Shown in pieces: positions 51,302 through 61,063 of a DNA stretch of 64,000 bases. Each line of letters begins with the position of its first letter. Positions within the stretch are counted from its first letter, which is position 1. The notes under the pieces were generated by a model. The model ran no database searches, was not told where the DNA came from, and was given only the letters and a program-made list of their open reading frames with translations. A program made the position numbers and the translations under genes. The DNA comes from Candidatus Bathyarchaeota archaeon (GTDB lineage: Archaea; Thermoproteota; Bathyarchaeia; Bathyarchaeales; Bathycorpusculaceae), in assembly GCA_963768425.1 (NCBI GenBank), contig CAVYHV010000014.1, positions 192,001 through 256,000 on the forward strand, read 5' to 3'.

Positions 51302-51668
51302 CTAACTTCGCTTTCTTGCCCTTGAATAGTCTGTCATGCCTAGTCTGTTGCCGAAGGGGTCTTCGAACTCAACCGCCATACCCGTGTGAATCTCGAATGG
51401 TTCGGATAAGAATTTTAAGCCTTTGGCGCTTAGCCGCTTGTACTCTTCCTGCACGCTGTCCACAACGAACCAGATCGTCGGTTTCGCGTCGGGAAAACTT
51501 GTGGATGTCTTTGAGAATGATTGCTGGTTCGTTGTCGCCAACTTTGAAAGCTACCATACCCATGTCTGAAAAGTCAAACTTGACCGGAAGCCCCAAAACG
51601 TCATGGTAAAACTCTTTGCCCTTCTTGAGGTCGCCGCTTGGCAGAAAAAAGTTATCGTAATCCTTCAA
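51302..51668 (-). CDS. VOC/glyoxalase family protein, one frameshift ~51495
   Basis: FYHDVLGL, then F.VDSV..Y..L..KG, F.DPFGN. Confidence 0.85.
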
Positions 51669-51739
51669 TGTTTCACTTCGAATTGATTGTGCAGTAAGCT
51701 ACTAATAACATTTCACAATTCAGCTGGAAACTTTACTTT

Positions 51740-52426
51740 TTAAGCCGAGGATTGAGTGGGTTCGGGTTTCTTGCAGAAGAGCAATGCGGGTAACAAGGCT
51801 ACGATTATGAAGGCTGAGTTGAAGATGAACCCCGCCAACTTGATTGCAGAGTCTTTAAAGGGAATCAATGAAATCGCGATCGGCGACGATGGGAACCAAC
51901 CGGGAGCAAAAAACTGAGGGTACCCAACGTAAACCCAAAGCAGATAAATTATGCCACTTGCCACAATGGTCAGAACAAGGTATCTGTTGAGAGCCATGTA
52001 TTTGTAGCCTGCAAATGGCAGGCTTATCATCATGAGAGTCCAGTATAGCGGGTAAGTTGCAGCTGACGTGTTGAAGTTGAAGTTCAAAGTAAACAATGTG
52101 TTGGCAACTTCAGTCGACATCCTTGCCTGGGCATAACCGAAATGATACAGTCCCTGCTGCAGCCAAATTCCCGCGGCAACACAAGCTACAGCCAAAAGGA
52201 ATCGCTCATACCCGACGCCCTGCCGCCTCATAAAAAATTCTGCAAGAACAAACGCCAACCCATAAACCACAACGGAGCTTGTGAGCACGGCAGCGGATGA
52301 GGTGCTGTCCCCAGAAAAAACAAACCCTCTGCCCCTCCAAACCAACAACGCCGCAACCACGCATAGGCAGGCAGCTTCAAACCAGTTTCGCCTGAACCAA
52401 TCGATGGCTACATCAAAACCCCGCAA
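51740..52426 (-). CDS. Hypothetical multi-pass membrane protein
   Basis: ~6 hydrophobic segments in a 228-aa ORF. Confidence 0.7.
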   Translation of the reverse strand: MRGFDVAIDWFRRNWFEAACLCVVAALLVWRGRGFVFSGDSTSSAAVLTSSVVVYGLAFVLAEFFMRRQGVGYERFLLAVACVAAGIWLQQGLYHFGYAQARMSTEVANTLFTLNFNFNTSAATYPLYWTLMMISLPFAGYKYMALNRYLVLTIVASGIIYLLWVYVGYPQFFAPGWFPSSPIAISLIPFKDSAIKLAGFIFNSAFIIVALLPALLFCKKPEPTQSSA

Positions 52427-52491
52427 AACGACGCCTCGGAAAATTCTTCCTTTTTACGTTGTTATGTTAGTTGAGGTAGGGTGTGTTTAAG

Positions 52492-52713
52492 ATTTTTGGT
52501 CGTCTCAAACTCGAAAATGTATAGAGAAATTTGCGCATGGCGAAAGACAGTTAGGGCTTGTGGGCCATGTAACGCAAGACGAAAGCTGCAGCAGTCATTC
52601 AACAAGTATTGCAAATCAATTATACAAGGATCAGTGTAAGTGAGGGGTAGGCTGCGAGAGACAAAGCACCGCAATTTAATGGTACCTATCTGGGTGACAA
52701 AGCGACCAAAAAT
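52492..52713 (+). ncRNA. Candidate ~220-nt structured RNA or IR-bounded element
   Basis: Terminal IR ATTTTTGGTCG/CGACCAAAAAT plus several nested helices. Confidence 0.4.
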
Positions 52714-52729
52714 GGTATGTTGCTATTGT

Positions 52730-52864
52730 TGGTGCCGGGGGCGCGATTCGAGCACGCGACTTCTGGCAAAGAGCGCTTAGCCCCTTTTGACTCCAGATTT
52801 CTCATCTGGGTTGTTCCTACCAGATTATGAGTCTGGCGCCCTGGCCAGGCTAGGCTACCCCGGC
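52730..52864 (-). tRNA. tRNA-Met(CAT), elongator type, with two introns (37/38 and ~45/46) and encoded CCA
   Basis: Acceptor GCCGGGG/CCCCGGC, anticodon arm CCAGA-CTCATAA-TCTGG; removing 52799-52825 (27 nt) and 52761-52790 (30 nt) gives a 78-nt cloverleaf. Confidence 0.92.
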
Positions 52865-53026
52865 ACACAATTAGCCACTTTTTACGATGGCTGAATCCAT
52901 TTAGTTTATTTTCCATCATTTAAACTTTTAAGCCCAGCACTTGGATTGGTTTGGATCTGAGGGCACTGTGCTGAAAACTGGGATAACGGTAACATCCAAA
53001 CAGGGGTTTTGTTTGCATAAAATTTA

Positions 53027-53659
53027 TTGGAGCGGAAATGCAGATTTAGCGTGGTGACGTGTGTGTCTTCGAATAGTGATGATGATTTTCCTGAGTGGAC
53101 GAAGCGGAAACGGGCTAAAGACCCTTTCTTCGGCGACATAGATGACATGTTCCGTGAAATGGAGAAGATGATGGATGAGGAACTCAAAAACTTCACGGAA
53201 AAAGTGCCGAAAGAATACGTTAAAGAACGCAAGCTGGCCGACGGAAGCACCGTTAAAGAGCTTGGACCATTCGTTTATGGTTACAGCATGAAGATAGGCC
53301 CCGATGGAAAACCGGAAATCCAAGAGTTTGGAAACCTCAAGAAGGGACTCAAAGGCACGCCTCAGGTTAAGGAGGAACGCGAACCCTTGGTTGACATCGT
53401 TGAAACAGACGGCGAAATCCATGTGGTTGTGGAGTTGCCTGGCGTTGAGAAAACCGACATTAAACTGCACGGCACCGAGGATTCGTTGACGATTTCGGTG
53501 GATACCCTCCAGTACAAGTACTACAAGGAAGTTGAATTGCCAGCTAAAGTGCGAGTTATAGAGGCGAAGTCAAGCTACAAAAACGGCGTCTTAGAAGTCG
53601 TCCTGCCTAAAGATGAAGCCCAAAACAAGCCGAAAGGACAACCGATCGACATCGGCTAA
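53027..53659 (+). CDS. Archaeal small heat shock protein Hsp20 (start probably slightly downstream)
   Basis: GPFVYGYS..IGPDGKP...EFGN, EPLVD, ELPGV, YKNGVLEV. Confidence 0.95.
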   Translation: MERKCRFSVVTCVSSNSDDDFPEWTKRKRAKDPFFGDIDDMFREMEKMMDEELKNFTEKVPKEYVKERKLADGSTVKELGPFVYGYSMKIGPDGKPEIQEFGNLKKGLKGTPQVKEEREPLVDIVETDGEIHVVVELPGVEKTDIKLHGTEDSLTISVDTLQYKYYKEVELPAKVRVIEAKSSYKNGVLEVVLPKDEAQNKPKGQPIDIG

Positions 53660-53706
53660 AAACCTAAATTCAATCCCTTCAATAATTCAGTGTTGCGAGT
53701 ACAGTA

Positions 53707-54117
53707 ATGAGCGTTAATCAAGAGTTAGATACTTTAAACGCTGTTTGTCGTGAAGCAAAATCAGTGGGCAAACTGTCAGGCACCAATTTAACGGAGCTGT
53801 ACGAGCTTTTCGGGACAAGATTCACAAAAGCTCTTGACGCCCTAAAAGAGGGGCGAGTGAAAAAATACACGTTTAAACCGACCGGAAGGGTGGTTTGGAT
53901 TGTTGTAGGCAGGGAACGGGACTACCTTATCATGCCTGAAGCTGAATTCTGTACCTGCGACGACTTCTACTTCCGCGTTCTAGACAAAAAAGTCCACATG
54001 TGCTATCACCTGCTGACCCAAAAGATCGCTCAGAACTTAACCTGGTTTGAAATTATAGAGGAAAGCGATGAGAGCTACAATATGCTGATGAATGAGTGGA
54101 AAAAAGCGACACCTTAA
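53707..54117 (+). CDS. SWIM zinc-finger protein
   Basis: W.VVG...DY, FCTCDDF...CYH. Confidence 0.85.
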   Translation: MSVNQELDTLNAVCREAKSVGKLSGTNLTELYELFGTRFTKALDALKEGRVKKYTFKPTGRVVWIVVGRERDYLIMPEAEFCTCDDFYFRVLDKKVHMCYHLLTQKIAQNLTWFEIIEESDESYNMLMNEWKKATP

Positions 54118-54163
54118 ATATTTAGATGTTACAAGAATATGCAATATTGCAGGGAGAATTCAC

Positions 54164-54289
54164 ATGAATTTAGGGCCATACTTCGTGACTTTAGAATATG
54201 TCGCAATGAGCGGAATTTTCATCGCTTTAGTTTTGATCTTCCTCTACATGTATTACGGCAAAGACGAGGAAGAAGAAATAACCGATTAA
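54164..54289 (+). CDS. Small single-TM protein, 41 aa
   Basis: GGGAGA before ATG; MNLGPYFVTLEYVAMSGIFIALVLIFLYMYYGKDEEEEITD. Confidence 0.55.
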   Translation: MNLGPYFVTLEYVAMSGIFIALVLIFLYMYYGKDEEEEITD

Positions 54290-54304
54290 TCTATCCCCTT
54301 CCCT

Positions 54305-54622
54305 CTACAGTATCAAGAGTTTGCCGCGCCTTCTATTCATTACGAAAAACAAAACCAAACTTAATACCGACAGAATTACCCCGATTAATATAAGCCACGT
54401 CGCCTTTGGGCCGGAACCGAAAACAATCGGAAATGGACCGATGAAAACCACAACCCCCGCGCTTGATGAACCACTGAAAATCGAAGCGATTACAACTAAA
54501 ACTATTATGCCGACGAAAACCAAGACTATTCCTAGAATTAGCAGCCAAAACAGTCGGCTGGAAATAGGAATCCCTTCCTCAGATTCATCATCTTCAGCCA
54601 AACTTTTCATCTCGTCAGCCAA
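54305..54622 (-). CDS. DUF131 (TIGR00304-like) membrane protein
   Basis: GVVVFIGPFPIVFGS motif between TM segments. Confidence 0.85.
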   Translation of the reverse strand: MADEMKSLAEDDESEEGIPISSRLFWLLILGIVLVFVGIIVLVVIASIFSGSSSAGVVVFIGPFPIVFGSGPKATWLILIGVILSVLSLVLFFVMNRRRGKLLIL

Positions 54623-54897
54623 TAAATTAACACCATCGCAATGATGACGGCAATAACAAGCGCCAAAGCTAATGCCAAAACCGTCTTGACAGATTTGTTG
54701 TCTGTGCCAAAGATAATCGGGATGGGACCAATCATAATTATTCCTGCAGCTTTAACTTTGCCTCTTTTTGCACCGTGTGCTGACGCCGCAATTATCGCAA
54801 TCATAATGATTATGATCCCAGTAACTATAAGTGCTAATGCAAGCGCATAAAAAACTTCAAGATCCAACCGTTCTTCCTCCAGAGCGCGCTGTATCAA
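54607..54897 (-). CDS. DUF131 (TIGR00304-like) membrane protein
   Basis: GIIMIGPIPIIFGTD motif. Confidence 0.85.
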   Translation of the reverse strand: MIQRALEEERLDLEVFYALALALIVTGIIIIMIAIIAASAHGAKRGKVKAAGIIMIGPIPIIFGTDNKSVKTVLALALALVIAVIIAMVLIYWLTR

Positions 54898-55161
54898 ATG
54901 GAAGAGCGTTTGTAATAAATGTAAATAGCGAAAGAGAAACGCTTGACGCGTAAATCAATTCTTGATTGATCTTCCAGATGTTTTTAGAGACTAATTGCAA
55001 CAAATCCAAACCCCATTCGAAGAAAGCAACCCAAAGCACAAACGAAAAATTTCTCCTCCGGAAACACTATCAAACTGCTTGCAATTGCAATAAATGTGAA
55101 CACAGAGACGAGAAATGCAAAAAATTAAAAGGGTTCAGAATAGTTATCGTGTCGGCGGAAT

Positions 55162-56403
55162 ATGAACACCAAAGACATCATCCAAAAAATCCTTGCAGCA
55201 AACACCGAGGTCGACGAGGAACAGGTTCTTGAGAAATTACGAGACGAAAGGGCAAAGGCAGGAGGTTTGCTTGGTGATGAAACTCTTCTGAGGTTGATTG
55301 CTGCAAGATACGGCGTGGAAGTGCAGCAGAAAGGCATAAGCAACAGCGGAATTTTGGCGTCGAGCCGTTTATTCGCTGGGTTGAATGATGTCACGGTGGA
55401 AGGACGCGTAATCGCAGTTTTTCCTGTTCGCGCTTTTGAGGGAGAAAAACCAGGTAAATTCGCGACGCTGATGATTGCGGACAATGAAGGAGTCCTACGC
55501 GTGGTGTTGTGGAATGACAAAACAAACCTAATTGAAAGTGGCGAAGTCAACATCGGACAAACCGTTAGGCTTATTCACGGGTACACTCGGGCAGACCGTT
55601 ACGGCAAAGTGGAGCTGCATTTGGGAGGCAAAAGTAAAATCGAAGTTGAGCCTCCAGAAAAAACCAGCGAGTACCCTGACACAGAGAAATTCACAGCGAA
55701 AATAGGCTCCTTGAATGCTTCATCAGGCGCCGTTCAAATTTCAGGTATAGTCAAAGGCATCTCGGGATTAACAACATTCACTAGGAGCAACGAGGCAGAT
55801 GGAAAAGTCATACGAATCACCCTCACCGACGAATCAGGACAAGTTACAGCTGTAGTTTGGAACGAAAAAGCAACTGAACTAGAGATCTTGAAAATCAACT
55901 CACAACTGCGTCTCATCAATGCTAGGGTTAAAGAAGCGCAAAACGGCGGGATTGAAGTCCATGTAGACTCAAATACGTACGTCAACGTTCAAAATGCCCC
56001 GCTGAAGCTCACGAAAATAGATAGCTTAACTGAAAACCAAACCGTAAGCGTCCAGGGCATCGTTGGAACAGCTCCACAAAACAGGGAAGTAACCACAGCC
56101 AAAGGGGAAAACGTGAAACTAATGACTTTTAGCCTTAAGGATGACACGGGCAGCGTTCGGGTTTCGGCTTGGCGTCAACAGGCAGACGAGCTTAAAGCCT
56201 TGAAAATAGGCGACGAATTGTTGTTAGAAAACGTTTTGGCAAGGATGGGCTTCGAGGGCAAAATCGAGTTGTCAACTCGCAGCGGAACCGAAGCATCAAT
56301 TAAAGCACATGTAAGTCAATCTTCTAATCGACTTACTACAGCCCCAAGCATTTCGTCACAGAAGATTACAGATTACGATTCGGACTTATCGAAGTACCGA
56401 TGA
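55162..56403 (+). CDS. rpa: Replication protein A (three OB folds)
   Basis: N-terminal GGLLGDE helical domain; three D..G...V..W OB repeats. Confidence 0.88.
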   Translation: MNTKDIIQKILAANTEVDEEQVLEKLRDERAKAGGLLGDETLLRLIAARYGVEVQQKGISNSGILASSRLFAGLNDVTVEGRVIAVFPVRAFEGEKPGKFATLMIADNEGVLRVVLWNDKTNLIESGEVNIGQTVRLIHGYTRADRYGKVELHLGGKSKIEVEPPEKTSEYPDTEKFTAKIGSLNASSGAVQISGIVKGISGLTTFTRSNEADGKVIRITLTDESGQVTAVVWNEKATELEILKINSQLRLINARVKEAQNGGIEVHVDSNTYVNVQNAPLKLTKIDSLTENQTVSVQGIVGTAPQNREVTTAKGENVKLMTFSLKDDTGSVRVSAWRQQADELKALKIGDELLLENVLARMGFEGKIELSTRSGTEASIKAHVSQSSNRLTTAPSISSQKITDYDSDLSKYR

Positions 56404-56855
56404 CAATAGCTTTCAGCTGTTGGAAAGACCCCCTGCACCCTTCCTAAGCGTTTTTTCGCGTTTACCTTCTCAGCAACTCCAATAACATCGTTTGGTTTAC
56501 TGAAGCACTCTTTTGCGCCATCTTCCCGTTTTCTCTCAACTTTTATGCAGTTATCAACCATGCAGTTCAAGACACAGGCGCCGCAGTAAACGCATAAATC
56601 CTCCATAACGCCCACCTGACCGTTCGCCCAGTACAAAGCGTTAGTCGGGCAGGCTTTAATACATAGTTTACATTGGACGCCGGCGCATGTGAACTTGTTA
56701 ATGTCAATTTTGCCTTCTTTGAAAAGATCCTTTACTTTTGTTGGCTCCAAAAGCTCTTGTCTGCGTTTCTTTTTTGCCTGCTCAGGGCTGTTTTCTGACA
56801 TTAGACCGAATATGTCAAGAGAAGAAGCGGTTTTCTCAGGCATTTGGAGACACAA
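56373..56855 (-). CDS. 4Fe-4S ferredoxin-domain protein
   Basis: CAGVQCKLCIKACP and CVYCGACVLNC. Confidence 0.85.
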   Translation of the reverse strand: MCLQMPEKTASSLDIFGLMSENSPEQAKKKRRQELLEPTKVKDLFKEGKIDINKFTCAGVQCKLCIKACPTNALYWANGQVGVMEDLCVYCGACVLNCMVDNCIKVERKREDGAKECFSKPNDVIGVAEKVNAKKRLGRVQGVFPTAESYCHRYFDKSES

Positions 56856-57110
56856 CTAAAGCAAGTTTGTCATGAAAATAGCTCTAAGAATTATAATTAC
56901 TTATCTAGCATTTTTCATACTATCAACCGTCAAACTGGGTTTTTTCGATGAAATAAGGAAATCAAAGGTCCAATGTCACTTAATTGCCCTTCCAAGAATG
57001 ATTCTTGCCAAGAACCGAATTTTTTGATGTACACATTATTTATAAATTAAGACTCAGTCAGTAAATAGAAGAAAAACGGATTTTGAAGCCACCGCAAAAG
57101 AGGAAACCGA

Positions 57111-58559
57111 ATGCAAGACCAAAGAAAACCGGTTGACGCCTTGCCCAAGCACAGCAGCATAGTTTTGGGCATCGTTATGCTCGGGACATTGATGGGAGCA
57201 CTGGATAGCACCATCGTCCTCTTAGCTTTTCCAACAATAAACGACAGTTTGCACTCAAACCTTGCCACCTCATTGTGGATCATCCTTGCGTATCTTCTTG
57301 TGATAGCCGTCGCAACAACGCAGATGGGCAGAATCGGAGACATTTACGGCAGGTGCAGAATATTCAATTTTGGCTTTGTAGTGTTCACTGTGGGCTCTGC
57401 TTTATGCGGGTTTTCAACACATATCTATTTGCTCATCGGCTTCAGAGCTGTTCAAGCAGTTGGAGGAGCAATACTGCAAGCTACAAGCGGCGCCATAATA
57501 GCTGATTATTTCCCAAGAGAAAGACGCGGAAGAGCCTACGGTTACAATTCACTGGGCTTTACAGCGGGAGCAATGCTTGGAATAGTTTTTGGCGGAATAA
57601 TCACCACTTTCATCGGCTGGCAATACATTTTCTTTATAAACATTCCAATTGGAGCCATCGCTGTTACAATAGGCGTGAAATACATAAGGGATATTCACCC
57701 CTCAGTCCCGAGCAAACTTGACCTCCCCGGAATGGGTTTACTTGCCGCAGCTCTGGTCCTTCTATCGCTAGGTCTTGTTAATTTCGCTGCCTCGGGATTC
57801 GGCACCTTCAACTTCACTTTGGTCTTAGTTGGAGCGGCGTTGCTGCCTGTGTTTGTGCTGTATGATCGTAGGCTGGAAGCCCCCTTAATTGACTTTGAAG
57901 CTCTCAAAATTAAGGTTCTTCGGAACGCGCTCCTGTCTGCGTTCTTTACAAGCGTAGGCTACTTTTCCGTAGTGTTCCTTGTAATAATGTACTTGCAGGG
58001 AATAAGAGCGCTTACACCCCTCAACGCCTCCCTCCTGTTGGTACCAGGATACGTTGCAGGCAGTTTTCTTGGTCCAATAATGGGCAGGCTCTCGGACAAG
58101 TACGGATCAAGAGAAATCGCTACAACAGGAATATTCTTCCTGGCAGTCGCCGTGCTAATTTACTTGACTATGGGCACAAATACTCCGCTCTACATCGTGC
58201 TTCTTGCTTCAGCCGTGTCAGGCCTCGGCACATCCATGTTCTTCCCCGCCAACAACAGCGCAGTAATGGCGAATGCAAGAGCCGGCTCATTCGGCAGCAT
58301 CTCCGGTTTGCTTCGAACCGTCCAGAACATCGGGTTAGTTGGCAGTTATGTTCTATCAATTTCGGTTGCTGCAGCCTCAATTCCTCGTCAGGTAGCTTTC
58401 GAAGTGTTCATTGGAACAACAAGCCTAACTGGCGGCGTGAGCCAAGAATTCATAACAGGCATAGACCATGCCTTCTACGCGTCCATAGCCATATTAGCGC
58501 TGGCAGGGATACTGTCATACATTCGGGGGAAAGAAACAAGAAACAAAACAGCCCTCTGA
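57111..58559 (+). CDS. MFS transporter, DHA2 (EmrB/QacA-like)
   Basis: LDSTIV..A.P, GRIGDIYGR, WQYIFFINIPIG, GRLSDKYG. Confidence 0.93.
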   Translation: MQDQRKPVDALPKHSSIVLGIVMLGTLMGALDSTIVLLAFPTINDSLHSNLATSLWIILAYLLVIAVATTQMGRIGDIYGRCRIFNFGFVVFTVGSALCGFSTHIYLLIGFRAVQAVGGAILQATSGAIIADYFPRERRGRAYGYNSLGFTAGAMLGIVFGGIITTFIGWQYIFFINIPIGAIAVTIGVKYIRDIHPSVPSKLDLPGMGLLAAALVLLSLGLVNFAASGFGTFNFTLVLVGAALLPVFVLYDRRLEAPLIDFEALKIKVLRNALLSAFFTSVGYFSVVFLVIMYLQGIRALTPLNASLLLVPGYVAGSFLGPIMGRLSDKYGSREIATTGIFFLAVAVLIYLTMGTNTPLYIVLLASAVSGLGTSMFFPANNSAVMANARAGSFGSISGLLRTVQNIGLVGSYVLSISVAAASIPRQVAFEVFIGTTSLTGGVSQEFITGIDHAFYASIAILALAGILSYIRGKETRNKTAL

Positions 58560-58718
58560 AAGAGATTAGGTAACGAAGCCCTACATAGAAAAAAAACAAT
58601 AACAATGTTTTAGGTGTATCTTGGTCTGAAAGTCAGAAACCATGCGGGAACCGTGGTTTCTACGCTGAACATAAGAAACGTTTAAGAAATAAAGAGCACA
58701 GTCAAGAGCCAGATAGAA

Positions 58719-59372
58719 ATGCTCGGAAACGACTTCAAGGCTAAAGGTATTTTCTTGGATTTAGATGGAACAATAGTTGACTCTACCGAGGCCTACTTAG
58801 AAGCAGCGAAAATATCTTTTCAAACCATCGGTCAACCGTCGCCAACCAGCGAAACAGCCATGGAAATCCCTAGGAGACTCGAGCAGGGCTTTTCCATAGA
58901 AGACATCACGCATGGAGAAGCCAAACGGTTCCTAAACACGTACTTGAAAACCTACTATTCGATCACCCAGCAGAAAACCAAGCTCATACCTAACGTTAAA
59001 ACTACACTTGAAGCATTAGCCACCAAGCAGAAACTTGCCCTCATAACAATGCGGCACGTCTCCAAACAATCCATAGTGAAGGAGCTTGAATTCTTCGGGA
59101 TTGCCAGATGTTTTACGCACGTGGTAACGGCTCTTGATACTCCAAAGCCTAAACCTTCCCCTGATGCTCTGATGAACTGTGTTAGAACCTTACAAATCGA
59201 TATCAGTAACTGCGTAATAGCAGGCGACTCGGTCAATGATGTGCGTGCGGGAAAAGCTGCTGGAGCAAAGACAGTGGCAGTTTTATCAGGACTTTTCAAA
59301 TCAGGAGAACTTGCCAAAGAAGAGCCAGATTTAATTTTGGATGATGTTACAGCACTGCCAAATTTTATCTAA
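58719..59372 (+). CDS. HAD-family hydrolase (phosphoglycolate phosphatase-like)
   Basis: DLDGTIVDS, KPSPD, GDSVND. Confidence 0.92.
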   Translation: MLGNDFKAKGIFLDLDGTIVDSTEAYLEAAKISFQTIGQPSPTSETAMEIPRRLEQGFSIEDITHGEAKRFLNTYLKTYYSITQQKTKLIPNVKTTLEALATKQKLALITMRHVSKQSIVKELEFFGIARCFTHVVTALDTPKPKPSPDALMNCVRTLQIDISNCVIAGDSVNDVRAGKAAGAKTVAVLSGLFKSGELAKEEPDLILDDVTALPNFI

Positions 59373-59508
59373 TGATTCAGCAGTATATCGAAAGCTGAAA
59401 TATTGGTGAAACCCGTCTTAGCCGTTTATATGTCGCAATAAAAATAAAGTTTATCAGAAACCTTGATCTTAGGTCTTAATTGGAGAGGGCTTTGGAGCGG
59501 GAATCAGT

Positions 59509-60120
59509 ATGAACTTTGTCGAATTGATGATAGGGGAGAAATTGAAGGATGCGGATCCAGCTCTTGACATTATGGGGTCTGACCGCAAAGTACTGCAGGT
59601 GGCATGTCAAGACTTCACAAACTTTCTAAAGTTTCATTGGAACCTGATTGGGAAGGAAGCAAGCCAATGCGAATTAGTTGAAAGACTGGAAACAATCTTT
59701 AAGGAAGATTCGTCAGAACTAGAAGCGTTCTTAACTGTTTGGATTGGAATCTGGTTCAAGAAGTGGAAGGAACGCGTCAAACTACTGATAGGCGACCAGA
59801 ATGCTACTCGATGGAACAAAATTTCTAAAACTCTATCTTGCGCGGAGCCTCTCTGGAAGAGGATCGAACACAAGCAGGAGCTTCAAGAAATCATCATCAC
59901 AACACTGCTAAAAAACGGGGAAATCTGCGGCACAGAAATACTGTCAGAGAACCTGTTGAAGATGGAGCTTGGCGAGAAACACGTGCAGGAACTTAACGAG
60001 CGTGAGCAAGTCTTCACCATCGTTAATGAGGCGTTACGGAAAGCCCGTGAAATGGCACAGAGCAAAGGTCCATTGATCTTTGTCAAAGTAGATAAAGGCT
60101 ACTATAATATGCCAACCTAA
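59509..60120 (+). CDS. Hypothetical alpha-helical protein
   Basis: 203-aa ORF with GGAG upstream; no recognised motif. Confidence 0.75.
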   Translation: MNFVELMIGEKLKDADPALDIMGSDRKVLQVACQDFTNFLKFHWNLIGKEASQCELVERLETIFKEDSSELEAFLTVWIGIWFKKWKERVKLLIGDQNATRWNKISKTLSCAEPLWKRIEHKQELQEIIITTLLKNGEICGTEILSENLLKMELGEKHVQELNEREQVFTIVNEALRKAREMAQSKGPLIFVKVDKGYYNMPT

Positions 60121-60245
60121 GCTCACATCCACCTTATTTTTTGTGATGCATAACCACAACTATTGTTAGCAGAGTCAAGCCTATCGAATTTGATTTAAAA
60201 ACTGGTGTTTCTAAAAAGCTAAAATGGTCTATTGGGAAATTGGGT

Positions 60246-60434
60246 TTAGACGACTCTTACTCTTTGAAGAGTCTTGCGCATCCAGCTGTAATGCCTTATT
60301 TTTTTGGTTTCTCCGAAGCCGCATGCACCGCAGTGCTTGTTGCGTACATGGTACGCGCGTCTTCCGCAGCGTCGGCATTTGATGTGGACGGTTTTGCCCT
60401 GCCGCTTACCCATTGATGGAGTGCCTTTTCCCAT
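60246..60434 (-). CDS. rpl37e: 50S ribosomal protein eL37
   Basis: [18 protein letters not shown]....C..CGFG. Confidence 0.97.
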   Translation of the reverse strand: MGKGTPSMGKRQGKTVHIKCRRCGRRAYHVRNKHCGACGFGETKKIRHYSWMRKTLQRVRVV

Positions 60435-60439
60435 TTAGG

Positions 60440-60667
60440 TCACCTTGGCGGTGGCGATATTAGGACTACGTTGTCTCCGCGGACGATAATTAGTCCCAGT
60501 TTCTTTTGGTTTTCCACTACTGTTGTGTCTTCTGTTTCTTCTAGAACAAGGTTTAAGTGTTGATCGAAACCCTTCAGTCTACCTCGAAGGCTTTTTCCGC
60601 CTTTGAGTCGTACCAGTACAACTTTGCTGAGGTTCTGTTCAAGGATTTCGGTTGTCATTTCGCTCAT
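60440..60667 (-). CDS. Sm-like (Lsm/SmAP1) protein
   Basis: G.L.GFDQHLNLVL, IVRGDNV; canonical Lsm-eL37 pair. Confidence 0.96.
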   Translation of the reverse strand: MSEMTTEILEQNLSKVVLVRLKGGKSLRGRLKGFDQHLNLVLEETEDTTVVENQKKLGLIIVRGDNVVLISPPPR

Positions 60668-61063
60668 ACTGTAATCCTCATGATTTCATTATCTCTTCTA
60701 TACTTCAACTCTCCACATTTAACCATTTCGGAGAAGCAGAAAGAATCCAGAATCCCGCGGCGTTCCAAGGAGGTTGCTTGCCAACGAAGGAGACTTCAAA
60801 GTTTTGATAGCCAACGAACTGGCATTTTTTGTGGTTGGGCAACAAATACCGGAACACCTCTTATCTGATGGTTACCAATCCTGTGCTCTTTGTGTTCAAA
60901 CTTTAACCTTTAGCTAGGAACCCAAGAGGATATGCTTCGTCTTAATCAGAGTTTTCCAAGTTCTTTTGGTTTAGACTCAGGTTTGAGTTTAGGTTAGGCT
61001 GCAAAAGTGCGGAAAAATTGAAAAAGCTAGGAAGAAGGAGATATGAGGTGTACGCCATTAAGT

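Noticed and set aside
52686-52919. 77-aa ORF
   Set aside because: Overlaps the tRNA-Met gene
58636-58662. 10-bp hairpin AGAAACCATG/CGTGGTTTCT as an ncRNA
   Set aside because: Single hairpin; could be an operator or terminator, with no further support
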